In this document: in pieces, positions 18,103 to 26,190 of the stretch
Layout: each line of letters opens with the position of its first letter
How positions within the stretch are numbered: position 1 is the first letter of the stretch
Assembly (NCBI GenBank): GCA_965249145.1
Contig: OZ252223.1
Span: forward strand, 2,207,223-2,271,222
Direction: 5' to 3'
Origin: Dehalococcoidia bacterium
Lineage (GTDB): Bacteria > Chloroflexota > Dehalococcoidia > Lucifugimonadales > UBA3495
DNA: 64,000 nucleotides
Notes under the pieces: model-generated
Told to the model about the DNA's origin: nothing
Database searches by the model: none
What the model saw: only the letters and a program-made list of their open reading frames with translations
Program-made: the position numbers and the translations under genes

Positions 18103-19278
18103 ATGACGACGCCGACCTACGATACGGTATTGACCGGTGGCACTCTGCTCGACCCGGCCCGAGGTATCCACAACCGGCGCGACATAGCATTCAACGAGGG
18201 AGTGGTCGCCGCGGTCGAGGAACGCATCGACCCGACGCTGGCCCGGTTTTCGCTGGACGTGTCCGGCAAGCTGATCACCCCGGGCTTGATCGACCTGCAT
18301 GGCCATTTCTACCACGGCGGCAACCCGACTTCTGTAAATCCGGACGACATTTGCATGTCCTCCGGCACCACCACTGGCATCGACGCGGGCAGCGCCGGTT
18401 TTTTGAACTACCAGGCCATGCGCGACTATGTTTTTCCGGCCCACCGCACCCGCTTGTTGGCCTTTCTGCACGTGGGCGGCGTGGGCCTGGCGGTGAACCG
18501 CGTATTGGGCGGAGGCCTCCACGACATGAGGGTCATCGACGTGGACGAGACCGCCGAGCACATACGCCAGAACAAGGGATTCTGCTTCGGGGTCAAGGTG
18601 CGTATGCACGTGAACGCCGTGGCCTACTGGAACGCCCACGAGGCGATGACCAAGGCCCGCGAGGTGGCCGACAAGTCGGGGAGCCGCCTGATGGTCCACG
18701 TTAGCGGCACGCCGATACCGCTCCCCGATGTTTTGGAGTTCTTGGGCCCCGGCGACATCTCTACCCACGCCTTCAACGGTCATCCGGAAAACATGCTCGA
18801 CCGCAACCTGAAAATCCGCCCCGAAGTGCGAGCCGCCGCCGACCGGGGCGTGATTATGGACGTGGCCCATGCTGGCGTCCATTGCGACGTCGAGGTGAGT
18901 AAAGCGGCGATGGAGCAGGGCCTGCCGCCCGACACCATCAGCACCGACATACATGTGCCGCCGCCGGAACGCACCGTCTACAAGATGAACGACCTAGTCA
19001 GCAAGTTCCACGCCATGGGCATGCCGCTGACCGACGCCATTGCCGCCGCCACCAGCACCCCGGCGCGCGTGCTTGGATTGGAGGAAGAGATTGGCTCGCT
19101 GGCCCCGGGAATGTCGGGCGACGCCGCAATTTTCGACATGCGGGAGGGCGCTTTCGTCTGGATGGACTCGGTGGGCCACCTGCAGCGCGGCTCAATGCGC
19201 CTCGATACCTACGCCACCGTCCGCGCTGGCCGGGTAGGCTGGTTTGAAGGCCGCCTGACCGAAATGGGCGAGTGCTAG
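18103..19278 (+). CDS. Amidohydrolase/deacetylase family metallohydrolase (dihydroorotase-like)
   Basis: PGLIDLHGH, GTTTGIDAGSAG, GVKVR, LMVH, PDTISTD, TPARVLG. Confidence 0.9.
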   Translation: MTTPTYDTVLTGGTLLDPARGIHNRRDIAFNEGVVAAVEERIDPTLARFSLDVSGKLITPGLIDLHGHFYHGGNPTSVNPDDICMSSGTTTGIDAGSAGFLNYQAMRDYVFPAHRTRLLAFLHVGGVGLAVNRVLGGGLHDMRVIDVDETAEHIRQNKGFCFGVKVRMHVNAVAYWNAHEAMTKAREVADKSGSRLMVHVSGTPIPLPDVLEFLGPGDISTHAFNGHPENMLDRNLKIRPEVRAAADRGVIMDVAHAGVHCDVEVSKAAMEQGLPPDTISTDIHVPPPERTVYKMNDLVSKFHAMGMPLTDAIAAATSTPARVLGLEEEIGSLAPGMSGDAAIFDMREGAFVWMDSVGHLQRGSMRLDTYATVRAGRVGWFEGRLTEMGEC

Positions 19279-19689
19279 ACGGGGATTATCGCCAGTCCGG
19301 GGATACGCTGGGAAATGCCGACGGTTGTTGGTTAGCAGCGTAAGCTCGTGGTTAAGCGCGGTTGAAGCTATCGGCAAGTCCATGTCAGCGATCAGGTTGC
19401 CAGACGACCGGAGGGATGCGCGAAGCTGCCCAAAGGCCCGGCAAGTATCCCCAAAGGCCCGGCACGTATCATCGTCTAGCGGCAACAGTTGGACCCTGCT
19501 CAGAAAGGCCTGCAATTCGGCGTCACGCTGTTGGGAGCGAGCCGAGCCCAAGATTCCTTCGTATAGTTCAGCTAGAGAGATATAGCTGAGGGCTGGGCCC
19601 TCGGGTCCAAATTCGTCGAGACGTCGGACCACCCGCTTGACGACTCGCAGGTAATCGATAGTCCAATCGGTGTCGACAAGATAGAGCAA
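19275..19689 (-). pseudogene. vapC: VapC (PIN domain) toxin with 21-bp duplication and late frameshift
   Basis: YLVDTD, ISLAELYEG, DMDL.IA, TNNRRHF. Removing one G at 19310-19312 restores HFQRIPGLAIIPV* ending at 19275. Confidence 0.75.
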
Positions 19690-19690
19690 G

Positions 19691-19930
19691 CTATTTTGGC
19701 TCCGAATCCGGGCCGTGCTCGCGGCGCTCCTGAACGATGTGCGCTAACCGATCGGCCCGTGAGTCGTCCTTCCAGGCCCCGGCGCTAGACTTGAACTTGT
19801 CCAGGCTTCCCTCGGACTTCTTAGGCGTTTTCCTGACCACGACGAACACTACTTCGCCTTCATCCAAGCCGAGCTCCTCGGTTAATTCCAGATTCCCATC
19901 GCGGAATGTCGCCTTCGTCTCTTTTGGCAT
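19691..19930 (-). CDS. Probable antitoxin (AF2212/DUF104-like)
   Basis: KATFRDGNLELTEELGLDEGEVV pattern; 1 nt upstream of vapC. Confidence 0.75.
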   Translation of the reverse strand: MPKETKATFRDGNLELTEELGLDEGEVVFVVVRKTPKKSEGSLDKFKSSAGAWKDDSRADRLAHIVQERREHGPDSEPK

Positions 19931-19969
19931 GAATCCTCGTCACCGACAGTACCAATAACACAGTTTTCC

Positions 19970-20533
19970 CTAGTTCGGGACCGCTATTTCTGTCTGAACG
20001 GGCTGCCCGTTCAGGTTGAAGACGAACTCGACCTCTTGGCTTGGCGGAAACAGGGCGCGTTCCACCGCGACCATGATCACCGGGGCGAAGAGGTAGGGCC
20101 GTTCCCGGCCCTGCGGATCGTCGCTCAGCTCCAGGTCCACCACCGCCCGGCCGCCTTCAATCTCCAGGCTGGCCACGCTCAGGGGGTCGCCCTGCACTAC
20201 CCGCCAGGCGTAATAGGCGGCCAGCAGAATCGATTCCTCGAATTCGATCCGCCCGAGGCTGACCGTACTACCCAGGGTGCGCTTGGTGATGATCCCGGCG
20301 TTGTAGGCGTCGAGTTCTTGCTGGCTGGTGATTACGAATGCCCGGAGTTCCTGGGTGAACGGCCCCGAGTCGGCGAACTCCAACGGAGACACCCATCCGC
20401 TATTCACGTACCGGAATAGCGGCAGAGGGGCCGCTGCCGGAGAGGCGACTGGGGTAACGTAGACGCTTGTTAGGACCGCAACGACCAAGGCGATAAGCGC
20501 CAAGGGCCCGGATGCTGATCGTATCGCAACCAT
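19970..20533 (-). CDS. Hypothetical exported protein
   Basis: N-terminal signal/TM segment followed by a beta-rich domain. Confidence 0.7.
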   Translation of the reverse strand: MVAIRSASGPLALIALVVAVLTSVYVTPVASPAAAPLPLFRYVNSGWVSPLEFADSGPFTQELRAFVITSQQELDAYNAGIITKRTLGSTVSLGRIEFEESILLAAYYAWRVVQGDPLSVASLEIEGGRAVVDLELSDDPQGRERPYLFAPVIMVAVERALFPPSQEVEFVFNLNGQPVQTEIAVPN

Positions 20534-20597
20534 GGCTAAAGGCTAACGCGGCGGGCCGACACTTGTAAATCTATAGAGCCGCTGGCAAACTAGAGCG

Positions 20598-21527
20598 ATG
20601 CGTATAGGAGAGTTTGAATTCGACGACGATCTCCCCGAGCTCAACGAGCCGCACGTGTTGGCGGTGTTGCGGCCTTGGATCGACGTCGGCAACGTTGGCA
20701 CCCTGAGCCTGCGCCGGATCGAGCGCCACCTGGGAGCCAAAGAGGTGGGCCGGTTGGTGCGCCCAGGACGCTATTACGACTTCACCCGATACCGGCCCAA
20801 GTCGGTGCTGCGCCAAGGCAAGCGGGAATACACTATCCCGTCCACCACCATCAAGATCTCCAAGAGAGAGCAGGGACCCGATCTGATCACCGTCCACCTG
20901 TTGGAGCCCCACTCCTATGGCGAGGACTTTACCGACTCGGCTATCGAGGTGCTCAAGCACTTCGGCGTCAAACGCTACTCCATGATTGGCGCAATGTACG
21001 ACATGGTCCCCCATACGAGGCCGTTGCTGGTTTCCGGCGGCACCGTTACTCCGGAGAACGAAGAAGAATACCGAACGGTGCGGGTGCGCCCCAGTGATTA
21101 TGAGGGCCCAACCACTATCACGCAGTTAATCATGTCGACCGCCGACGAGATGGGAATGGAAACCCGGATCTTCGTGGTCCACCTTCCCCAGTATTTCCAG
21201 GTGGAGGAAGACTTCACCGGCGCGGCGCGTCTCACTGGCATCCTATGCCGCATCTACGGGCTACCCAACCGGCTGGAGGACCAAGAGCGAGGCACTCAGC
21301 AGTACTCTTCACTGGAAAATATCGTGTCCGATACCTCGGAGGTGTCCAAGCTGCTTTCCCGCCTCGAAGAACGCTACGACCGGGAAAATCAGTCCGCTGA
21401 GAGCGGTCCGGTGCAGCCGCTGTCGCCGCAAATCGAAGCTTTCTTGAAAGGCTTGGGTCAGGATTCCACGGCCAATCCGGGCACCCAGATGACTGACGAC
21501 CCAGACGACGACCCCAACGACGAATAG
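20598..21527 (+). CDS. PAC2 family (proteasome assembly chaperone-like) protein
   Basis: PWIDVGNVG, YDFTRYRP, LLEPH, GAMYDMVPHTRP, YEGPT, HLPQY. Confidence 0.85.
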   Translation: MRIGEFEFDDDLPELNEPHVLAVLRPWIDVGNVGTLSLRRIERHLGAKEVGRLVRPGRYYDFTRYRPKSVLRQGKREYTIPSTTIKISKREQGPDLITVHLLEPHSYGEDFTDSAIEVLKHFGVKRYSMIGAMYDMVPHTRPLLVSGGTVTPENEEEYRTVRVRPSDYEGPTTITQLIMSTADEMGMETRIFVVHLPQYFQVEEDFTGAARLTGILCRIYGLPNRLEDQERGTQQYSSLENIVSDTSEVSKLLSRLEERYDRENQSAESGPVQPLSPQIEAFLKGLGQDSTANPGTQMTDDPDDDPNDE

Positions 21528-21571
21528 GTCTCGTTCTGGTCCCCTCGGCCCCGGCCACTGGCATTCTCTCA

Positions 21572-21600
21572 TTGACGCGTCCAAGGCCTTATGCTAGAGT
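21572..21600 (+). promoter_or_regulatory. Sigma70-type promoter of infC-rpmI-rplT
   Basis: TTGACG-17 nt-TAGAGT with extended -10 TG. Confidence 0.7.
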
Positions 21601-21638
21601 TTCCCCGGCTCAGGGAGACGCTTTCGGAGGGTTAGCCC

Positions 21639-22205
21639 ATCGCCAGGCAGTATCGAGTTAACGAGCGGATCACCAGCCCCAAGGTCAGGGTAATCGGCGG
21701 AGACGGCTCTCAGCTCGGGGTAATGGATCTAAACCGAGCGATCCAACTGGCGCGGGACACCGAAGTCGATTTAGTAGAAGTGGCGCCAAACTCAGACCCG
21801 CCCGTCTGTCGGCTACTGGATTACGGAAAGCTCCTTTACCTCTCCTCCAAGAAGGAGAAGGAGTCGAAACGGGGTCAAAAGAGCACCGAGCAAAAAGAGG
21901 TGCGCTTCCGGCCCAACATTGGCAGCCATGACTTGGACTCGAAGATCCGCAAGGTGCGGGAGTTCATCGACGACGGTTCGAAGGTGAAGCTCACGGTCCG
22001 GTTCCGAGGCCGTGAGGCCGCCCACCAGCAGTTGGGACTCTCGGTGCTCAAACGGGTCGCCGACGAGTTGAAAGACGAAGTCCGTCTGGAACGCCCGCCC
22101 GCCCAGGAAGGACGGGCCCTGTCGATGGTGTTGATCCCGTCCCTGCAGAAGGGCGAGGCCTTGAGAAAGGAACAGGCAGAAGAACTGGCCGATGCCAAAA
22201 CTTAA
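21639..22205 (+). CDS. infC: Translation initiation factor IF-3 (ATC start)
   Basis: Frame extends upstream of ATG 21723 as IARQYRVNERITSPKVRVIG; GGAGG SD before ATC 21639; DLVEVAP, PPVCRLLDYGK, FRGRE. Confidence 0.95.
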   Translation: MARQYRVNERITSPKVRVIGGDGSQLGVMDLNRAIQLARDTEVDLVEVAPNSDPPVCRLLDYGKLLYLSSKKEKESKRGQKSTEQKEVRFRPNIGSHDLDSKIRKVREFIDDGSKVKLTVRFRGREAAHQQLGLSVLKRVADELKDEVRLERPPAQEGRALSMVLIPSLQKGEALRKEQAEELADAKT

Positions 22206-22389
22206 AACGCACAAGGGGGCGAAAGCCCGTATCCACGTTACCGGCTCCGGGAAGCTGCTTCGACGCAAGCGGATGAGCAGTCACCTACGCCGCAAGAAGC
22301 CGACCAAGGTCACCCGCAAATACTCCGACAAGTTAGCGGTGGCCGACGCCGACCAACCCCGCCTACGCCGGTTGATCCCCTACGGTTAA
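22192..22389 (+). CDS. rpmI: 50S ribosomal protein L35
   Basis: MPKLKTHKGAKAR..VTGSGK; synteny. Confidence 0.97.
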   Translation: MPKLKTHKGAKARIHVTGSGKLLRRKRMSSHLRRKKPTKVTRKYSDKLAVADADQPRLRRLIPYG

Positions 22390-22419
22390 CCGGCCCGGCC
22401 CACTAACGGAGACAAACAC

Positions 22420-22782
22420 TTGGCTCGTATAAAGCGCGGCGTCACCAAACACCGCCGTCATAAGAAGATACTCAAGGCCGCCAGAGGCTTCCACGGTTCC
22501 TCCCATCGCAACTACAAATGGGCCAAAGAAGCGGTCATGCACGCTTGGTCCCATGCCTACCGGCACCGCAGGGAGAAGAAGGGTGACTTCCGGCGTCTGT
22601 GGATCGTGCGCATCGGCGCCGCCTGCCGGGAAGCTGGCATTAACTACAGCCAATTCATCCACGGCCTCAAGCTGGCCGAGATCGAACTCGACCGCAAGAT
22701 TCTGGCCGACCTTGCGGTACGCGACGAAGCCGCCTTTGCCAAGCTGGTGGAGACCGCCAAAGAGCAGTTAGCCACTGCCTGA
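22420..22782 (+). CDS. rplT: 50S ribosomal protein L20
   Basis: [35 protein letters not shown]. Confidence 0.97.
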   Translation: MARIKRGVTKHRRHKKILKAARGFHGSSHRNYKWAKEAVMHAWSHAYRHRREKKGDFRRLWIVRIGAACREAGINYSQFIHGLKLAEIELDRKILADLAVRDEAAFAKLVETAKEQLATA

Positions 22783-23893
22783 CCGGCCCCTCCAGGTCCT
22801 CGTAATCGGCGCTGGCCCCGCAGGGCTGGCCGTCTCCCAACAACTCGGGACCAGAGGCGTGACCAACGTCGTCCTCGAAAAGGGCAACCACCCTGGATGG
22901 ATGTGGTCTAAGGTCTACGAGAGCCTGCGCCTGCACACCGGCAAACATCTCAGCGCGTTGCCGGGCCTGCCCTACCCCAAGGGCACGTCGCTCTTTCCCC
23001 GGTTGAAGGAATTCACCGCCTACTTGGGCGACTACGCCCGACGTTTCGCCGTTCCGGTGCACACTGGGGTCGAAGCCCGTTCATTGGAACTGGCCGACGG
23101 CCTTTGGCGGGTGACGACGGACCAAGGGGGCTATGAAGCCCGCTCGGTCGTGGTGGCCACTGGCATCATGTCAGCTCCGCAGGTACCGGGATTCGTGGGC
23201 TTGAGCGACCGCAATGGCCGAGTGATTCATAGTTCCGGCTACCGCAACCCGGCGGGCTATGCAGGTCGGCGGGTACTGGTGGCAGGCGTCGGTAATTCGG
23301 GAGCGGAGATCGCTTCGGAACTCGCCGAAGCCGGGGCCAAAGTGTCAATTTCTGTGAGGTCAGGGGCCAACGTCGTCCCCAGGAGCTTCGTCGGCATTCC
23401 GACCCAGTATTTCGGGTGGGCGCTGGCCCAGGTTCCCGGCCTGCCGGTGTCTGCCATCATCCGAGCTATTGGCGCCATTGGAACGGCGCTGAAGGGCGGG
23501 AGTGTCATCCCCAGGACGCAGGCGGTCTACGGGTGTCCCGACGTGCCCCTGATTGGCGTTCGACTCGTCGAGCACGTGCGGTCGGGGGCTATCGGCCTCC
23601 TGCCAGGCTTGACCGGTCTCGCCGGGTCCCTCGCCAGCTTCGCTGATGGCACGGAGCGGGAATTCGACCGCGTGGTCCTGGCCACCGGATACCGGGCTGC
23701 CATCGATTGGATGGGCGAGTACGGGGCCTGCGACAAATGCGGCTTCGCCCTGCGAAGAAACCGGGTCCAATGCGAAAGCCACGAAAGTCTGTACTTCATC
23801 GGCCACAATTACGACGGGCGCGGCGGTCTTTGCAACATCGCCCTAGACGCCCGGCGCATCGCCCGCTTGGCGCCCCGCGATCAGGACAGGTGA
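22775..23893 (+). CDS. Flavin-containing monooxygenase-like NAD(P)/FAD oxidoreductase
   Basis: [10 protein letters not shown] lies upstream of the ORF-track GTG; HSSGYRN, GVGNSG and ATGY motifs. Only candidate start is CTG 22775. Confidence 0.8.
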   Translation: MPDRPLQVLVIGAGPAGLAVSQQLGTRGVTNVVLEKGNHPGWMWSKVYESLRLHTGKHLSALPGLPYPKGTSLFPRLKEFTAYLGDYARRFAVPVHTGVEARSLELADGLWRVTTDQGGYEARSVVVATGIMSAPQVPGFVGLSDRNGRVIHSSGYRNPAGYAGRRVLVAGVGNSGAEIASELAEAGAKVSISVRSGANVVPRSFVGIPTQYFGWALAQVPGLPVSAIIRAIGAIGTALKGGSVIPRTQAVYGCPDVPLIGVRLVEHVRSGAIGLLPGLTGLAGSLASFADGTEREFDRVVLATGYRAAIDWMGEYGACDKCGFALRRNRVQCESHESLYFIGHNYDGRGGLCNIALDARRIARLAPRDQDR

Positions 23894-24291
23894 TAGTCGG
23901 CGAAGCCCCATAGGGCCGTGGCCAGCACCAAGTGGAACCAGATGGGTATGGTCCGTCTGAACCAGCGAAATTCCGGCTTCAACGCCATCGTAATCATGTA
24001 GCGCAGGACCATCGAGAAGAAGTAGATGCCAGCTAACGCTACCATTACATTGGCACCGCCCCTCCACCAATCCGAGGCGAACGGGCCGACGCCACGGAAG
24101 AGGTCCACCGCGATGACGACGATCAGGGCCAACAGCGCTGGCAGCAGGTACCGGTAGGGCAGCAATCCTGAATACCAGTGCTCCATCGAGGGCAGCCAAT
24201 TGGGCGCAGCGTTGACCACTAAGGCCTGACCCGCCACTCGGAGCGCAAATAAGGCGGTGCAGCCCGCGAAAACTGAGGCGTTAACGGTCAT
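23881..24291 (-). CDS. Hypothetical 4-TM membrane protein
   Basis: 136 aa, four hydrophobic segments, WYSGLLPY and IPIWFHLVLA. Confidence 0.7.
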   Translation of the reverse strand: MTVNASVFAGCTALFALRVAGQALVVNAAPNWLPSMEHWYSGLLPYRYLLPALLALIVVIAVDLFRGVGPFASDWWRGGANVMVALAGIYFFSMVLRYMITMALKPEFRWFRRTIPIWFHLVLATALWGFADYHLS

Positions 24292-24317
24292 CGGGATGAC
24301 CGGAGTAGTCCGCTAGC

Positions 24318-24839
24318 TTACGCCTGTACGAAGCCGTAGTAAGTGTCGGCGTCCAGGACCCGTTGCAGGCGGTCTTCGGAGATTACGATGGGCCGCAGTG
24401 GGGTGGCCCACCGTTCGGTCAGCTCATAGTGCAGATCGGTCAGCGTGATGGGCTCGTTGCCTCGGGCCAACAGAGTGCGAAACACTATCTCCTGTATCGG
24501 CATGTCGGAGCGGATGAACTGCGGGTCGGTGTCATAGTTGTCGCGAATCTCCCGGACCAGCGCCTGTGGGTCGTTCAGTTCTACCACCGGGGCCGAGCGG
24601 GATGGCGAGTCGTCGGTCAAGCGAGAGGCAAGCAGGTGAATCGCCGACCGCTCCAACTGCTCTAGGCGCTGGAAGCTGACCTGGTATAGGACGACGACCT
24701 CTTCGTCTTCGTCTTCCTCCGCTACCGCCAATGCCACGTTCGGAGGCTCTGGCGGGGGCTCCTGCAGGGATTCGGGCGAAGGCTCTACCTCGAGTTCCTC
24801 CTCTGGGAGCTCGTCGTAGTCCGGTCCAGCGGTCGTCAT
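24318..24839 (-). CDS. Hypothetical protein, acidic N-terminus plus possible winged-helix C-terminus
   Basis: ATG overlaps the moeA stop (ATGA); SD GAGGAGG; EIVFRTLLARGNEPITLTDL. Confidence 0.75.
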   Translation of the reverse strand: MTTAGPDYDELPEEELEVEPSPESLQEPPPEPPNVALAVAEEDEDEEVVVLYQVSFQRLEQLERSAIHLLASRLTDDSPSRSAPVVELNDPQALVREIRDNYDTDPQFIRSDMPIQEIVFRTLLARGNEPITLTDLHYELTERWATPLRPIVISEDRLQRVLDADTYYGFVQA

Positions 24840-26188
24840 AGGTCCACCTCCTCGTTCCAGTCCAGCATGATCAAGCGCACTTCCTCCCCGGCGTTTTTCG
24901 AGGGCAGGTCTTCGGGGCACACCGCCAGTCCATTGGCGCGCGACATAGACGTTAGAATGTTCGATCCCTGGGGGCCGGTCGGAGTCGCGTAGTAGACTCC
25001 GTCCTTGCGCTCCACTTCCACGCGGGCATATACCCGGCGCCCGTCGTAGTTGAATATGGGGGCGGTCAAGATGCCGTGTACCGACGGACGGTCCCGGGTC
25101 GTCCGTCCCAGCATCGCTCGGATGGCGGGGCGGGCAAACATCTCGAAGGCTACCATGGCGCTCACCGGATTGCCGGGCAGGCCCAGCAGCGGGATGTCCT
25201 TGCCGCCATTGCCGCTCAGATGGCCGAAGGCCAGCGGCTTGGCCGGGCGCATGCGTACCGACCAGAAGTTCATCGACCCCCGCTGGTTCAGCACATCCTT
25301 TACGATGTCGTAGTCGCCCTTGGAGACGCCAGCGGACGTTACGACCATGTCGGAGCCCTCGGTTGCCGCCAGCTTTTGGTGCAGGTCTTCCAGATTGTCC
25401 CTGGCGATGCCGAGCAGCCGTGGCACGCCGCCGCTGGCCACCACCGAGGCGGCCACGCTGAAGCTGTTGCTGTCGTAGATTTTGCCCCCGCCCAGGCTAG
25501 ACCCGGCGGTCTCCAATTCGTCGCCAGTGGCCAGCACCGAAACGATGGGACGGCGGATGACCTTCACCCGCTCGAGGCCCAAAGACGCGATCACGCCGAC
25601 TTCGGCCGGGCGAATAACGGTCCCGGCCTCCAATACCAGCTCTCCCTGACGTACGTCCTCCCCGGCCGGCCGCACGTTGGCGCCGCGGCCCAGTCCGGCG
25701 AATATGGCGACCTCGTCCAAGGGGCGTCCTTCGGCCTTGCGTTGTACTTCGTCGGTTTCCTCGAAGGGTACAACTGTGTCGGCCCCTTCGGGCACGGGGG
25801 CGCCGGTCATGATGCGGACCGCGGTCCCGGCGGCAACAGCGTGGTCGGGCATCTGCCCTGCGGCGACGATTCCCGTGACCCTCAGGTGGCGGGGCGAGTC
25901 CTTTGATGCTCCAACGATGTCCTCGCCTTGCAGCGCGTAGCCGTCCATCCCCGAATTGGCCAAGGGTGGCAGCGCCAGCGGCGAGGTGATGTCCTCGGCT
26001 AGCACTTGGCCCAGGCATTCCATCAACGGGGACTCCACGGTTTCCAGGGGCCCGAAGCTGGCCATCACCCGCTCCAAGGCGTCCTCCACGCTCAGCATGT
26101 CCTCGTCGGCATGGCTGTGCCCGTGGCTGTGAGCGGCTTCATCGTGGGCCGCATGGTGGCGGTGACGGTCGTGGTGATGCGTGGCCAT
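24836..26188 (-). CDS. moeA: Molybdopterin molybdotransferase with His-rich N-terminal extension
   Basis: SGMDGYA, RIMTGAPVPEGAD, TGDEL, YDSN, LPGNPVSA. Confidence 0.95.
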   Translation of the reverse strand: MATHHHDRHRHHAAHDEAAHSHGHSHADEDMLSVEDALERVMASFGPLETVESPLMECLGQVLAEDITSPLALPPLANSGMDGYALQGEDIVGASKDSPRHLRVTGIVAAGQMPDHAVAAGTAVRIMTGAPVPEGADTVVPFEETDEVQRKAEGRPLDEVAIFAGLGRGANVRPAGEDVRQGELVLEAGTVIRPAEVGVIASLGLERVKVIRRPIVSVLATGDELETAGSSLGGGKIYDSNSFSVAASVVASGGVPRLLGIARDNLEDLHQKLAATEGSDMVVTSAGVSKGDYDIVKDVLNQRGSMNFWSVRMRPAKPLAFGHLSGNGGKDIPLLGLPGNPVSAMVAFEMFARPAIRAMLGRTTRDRPSVHGILTAPIFNYDGRRVYARVEVERKDGVYYATPTGPQGSNILTSMSRANGLAVCPEDLPSKNAGEEVRLIMLDWNEEVDL

Positions 26189-26190
26189 AA

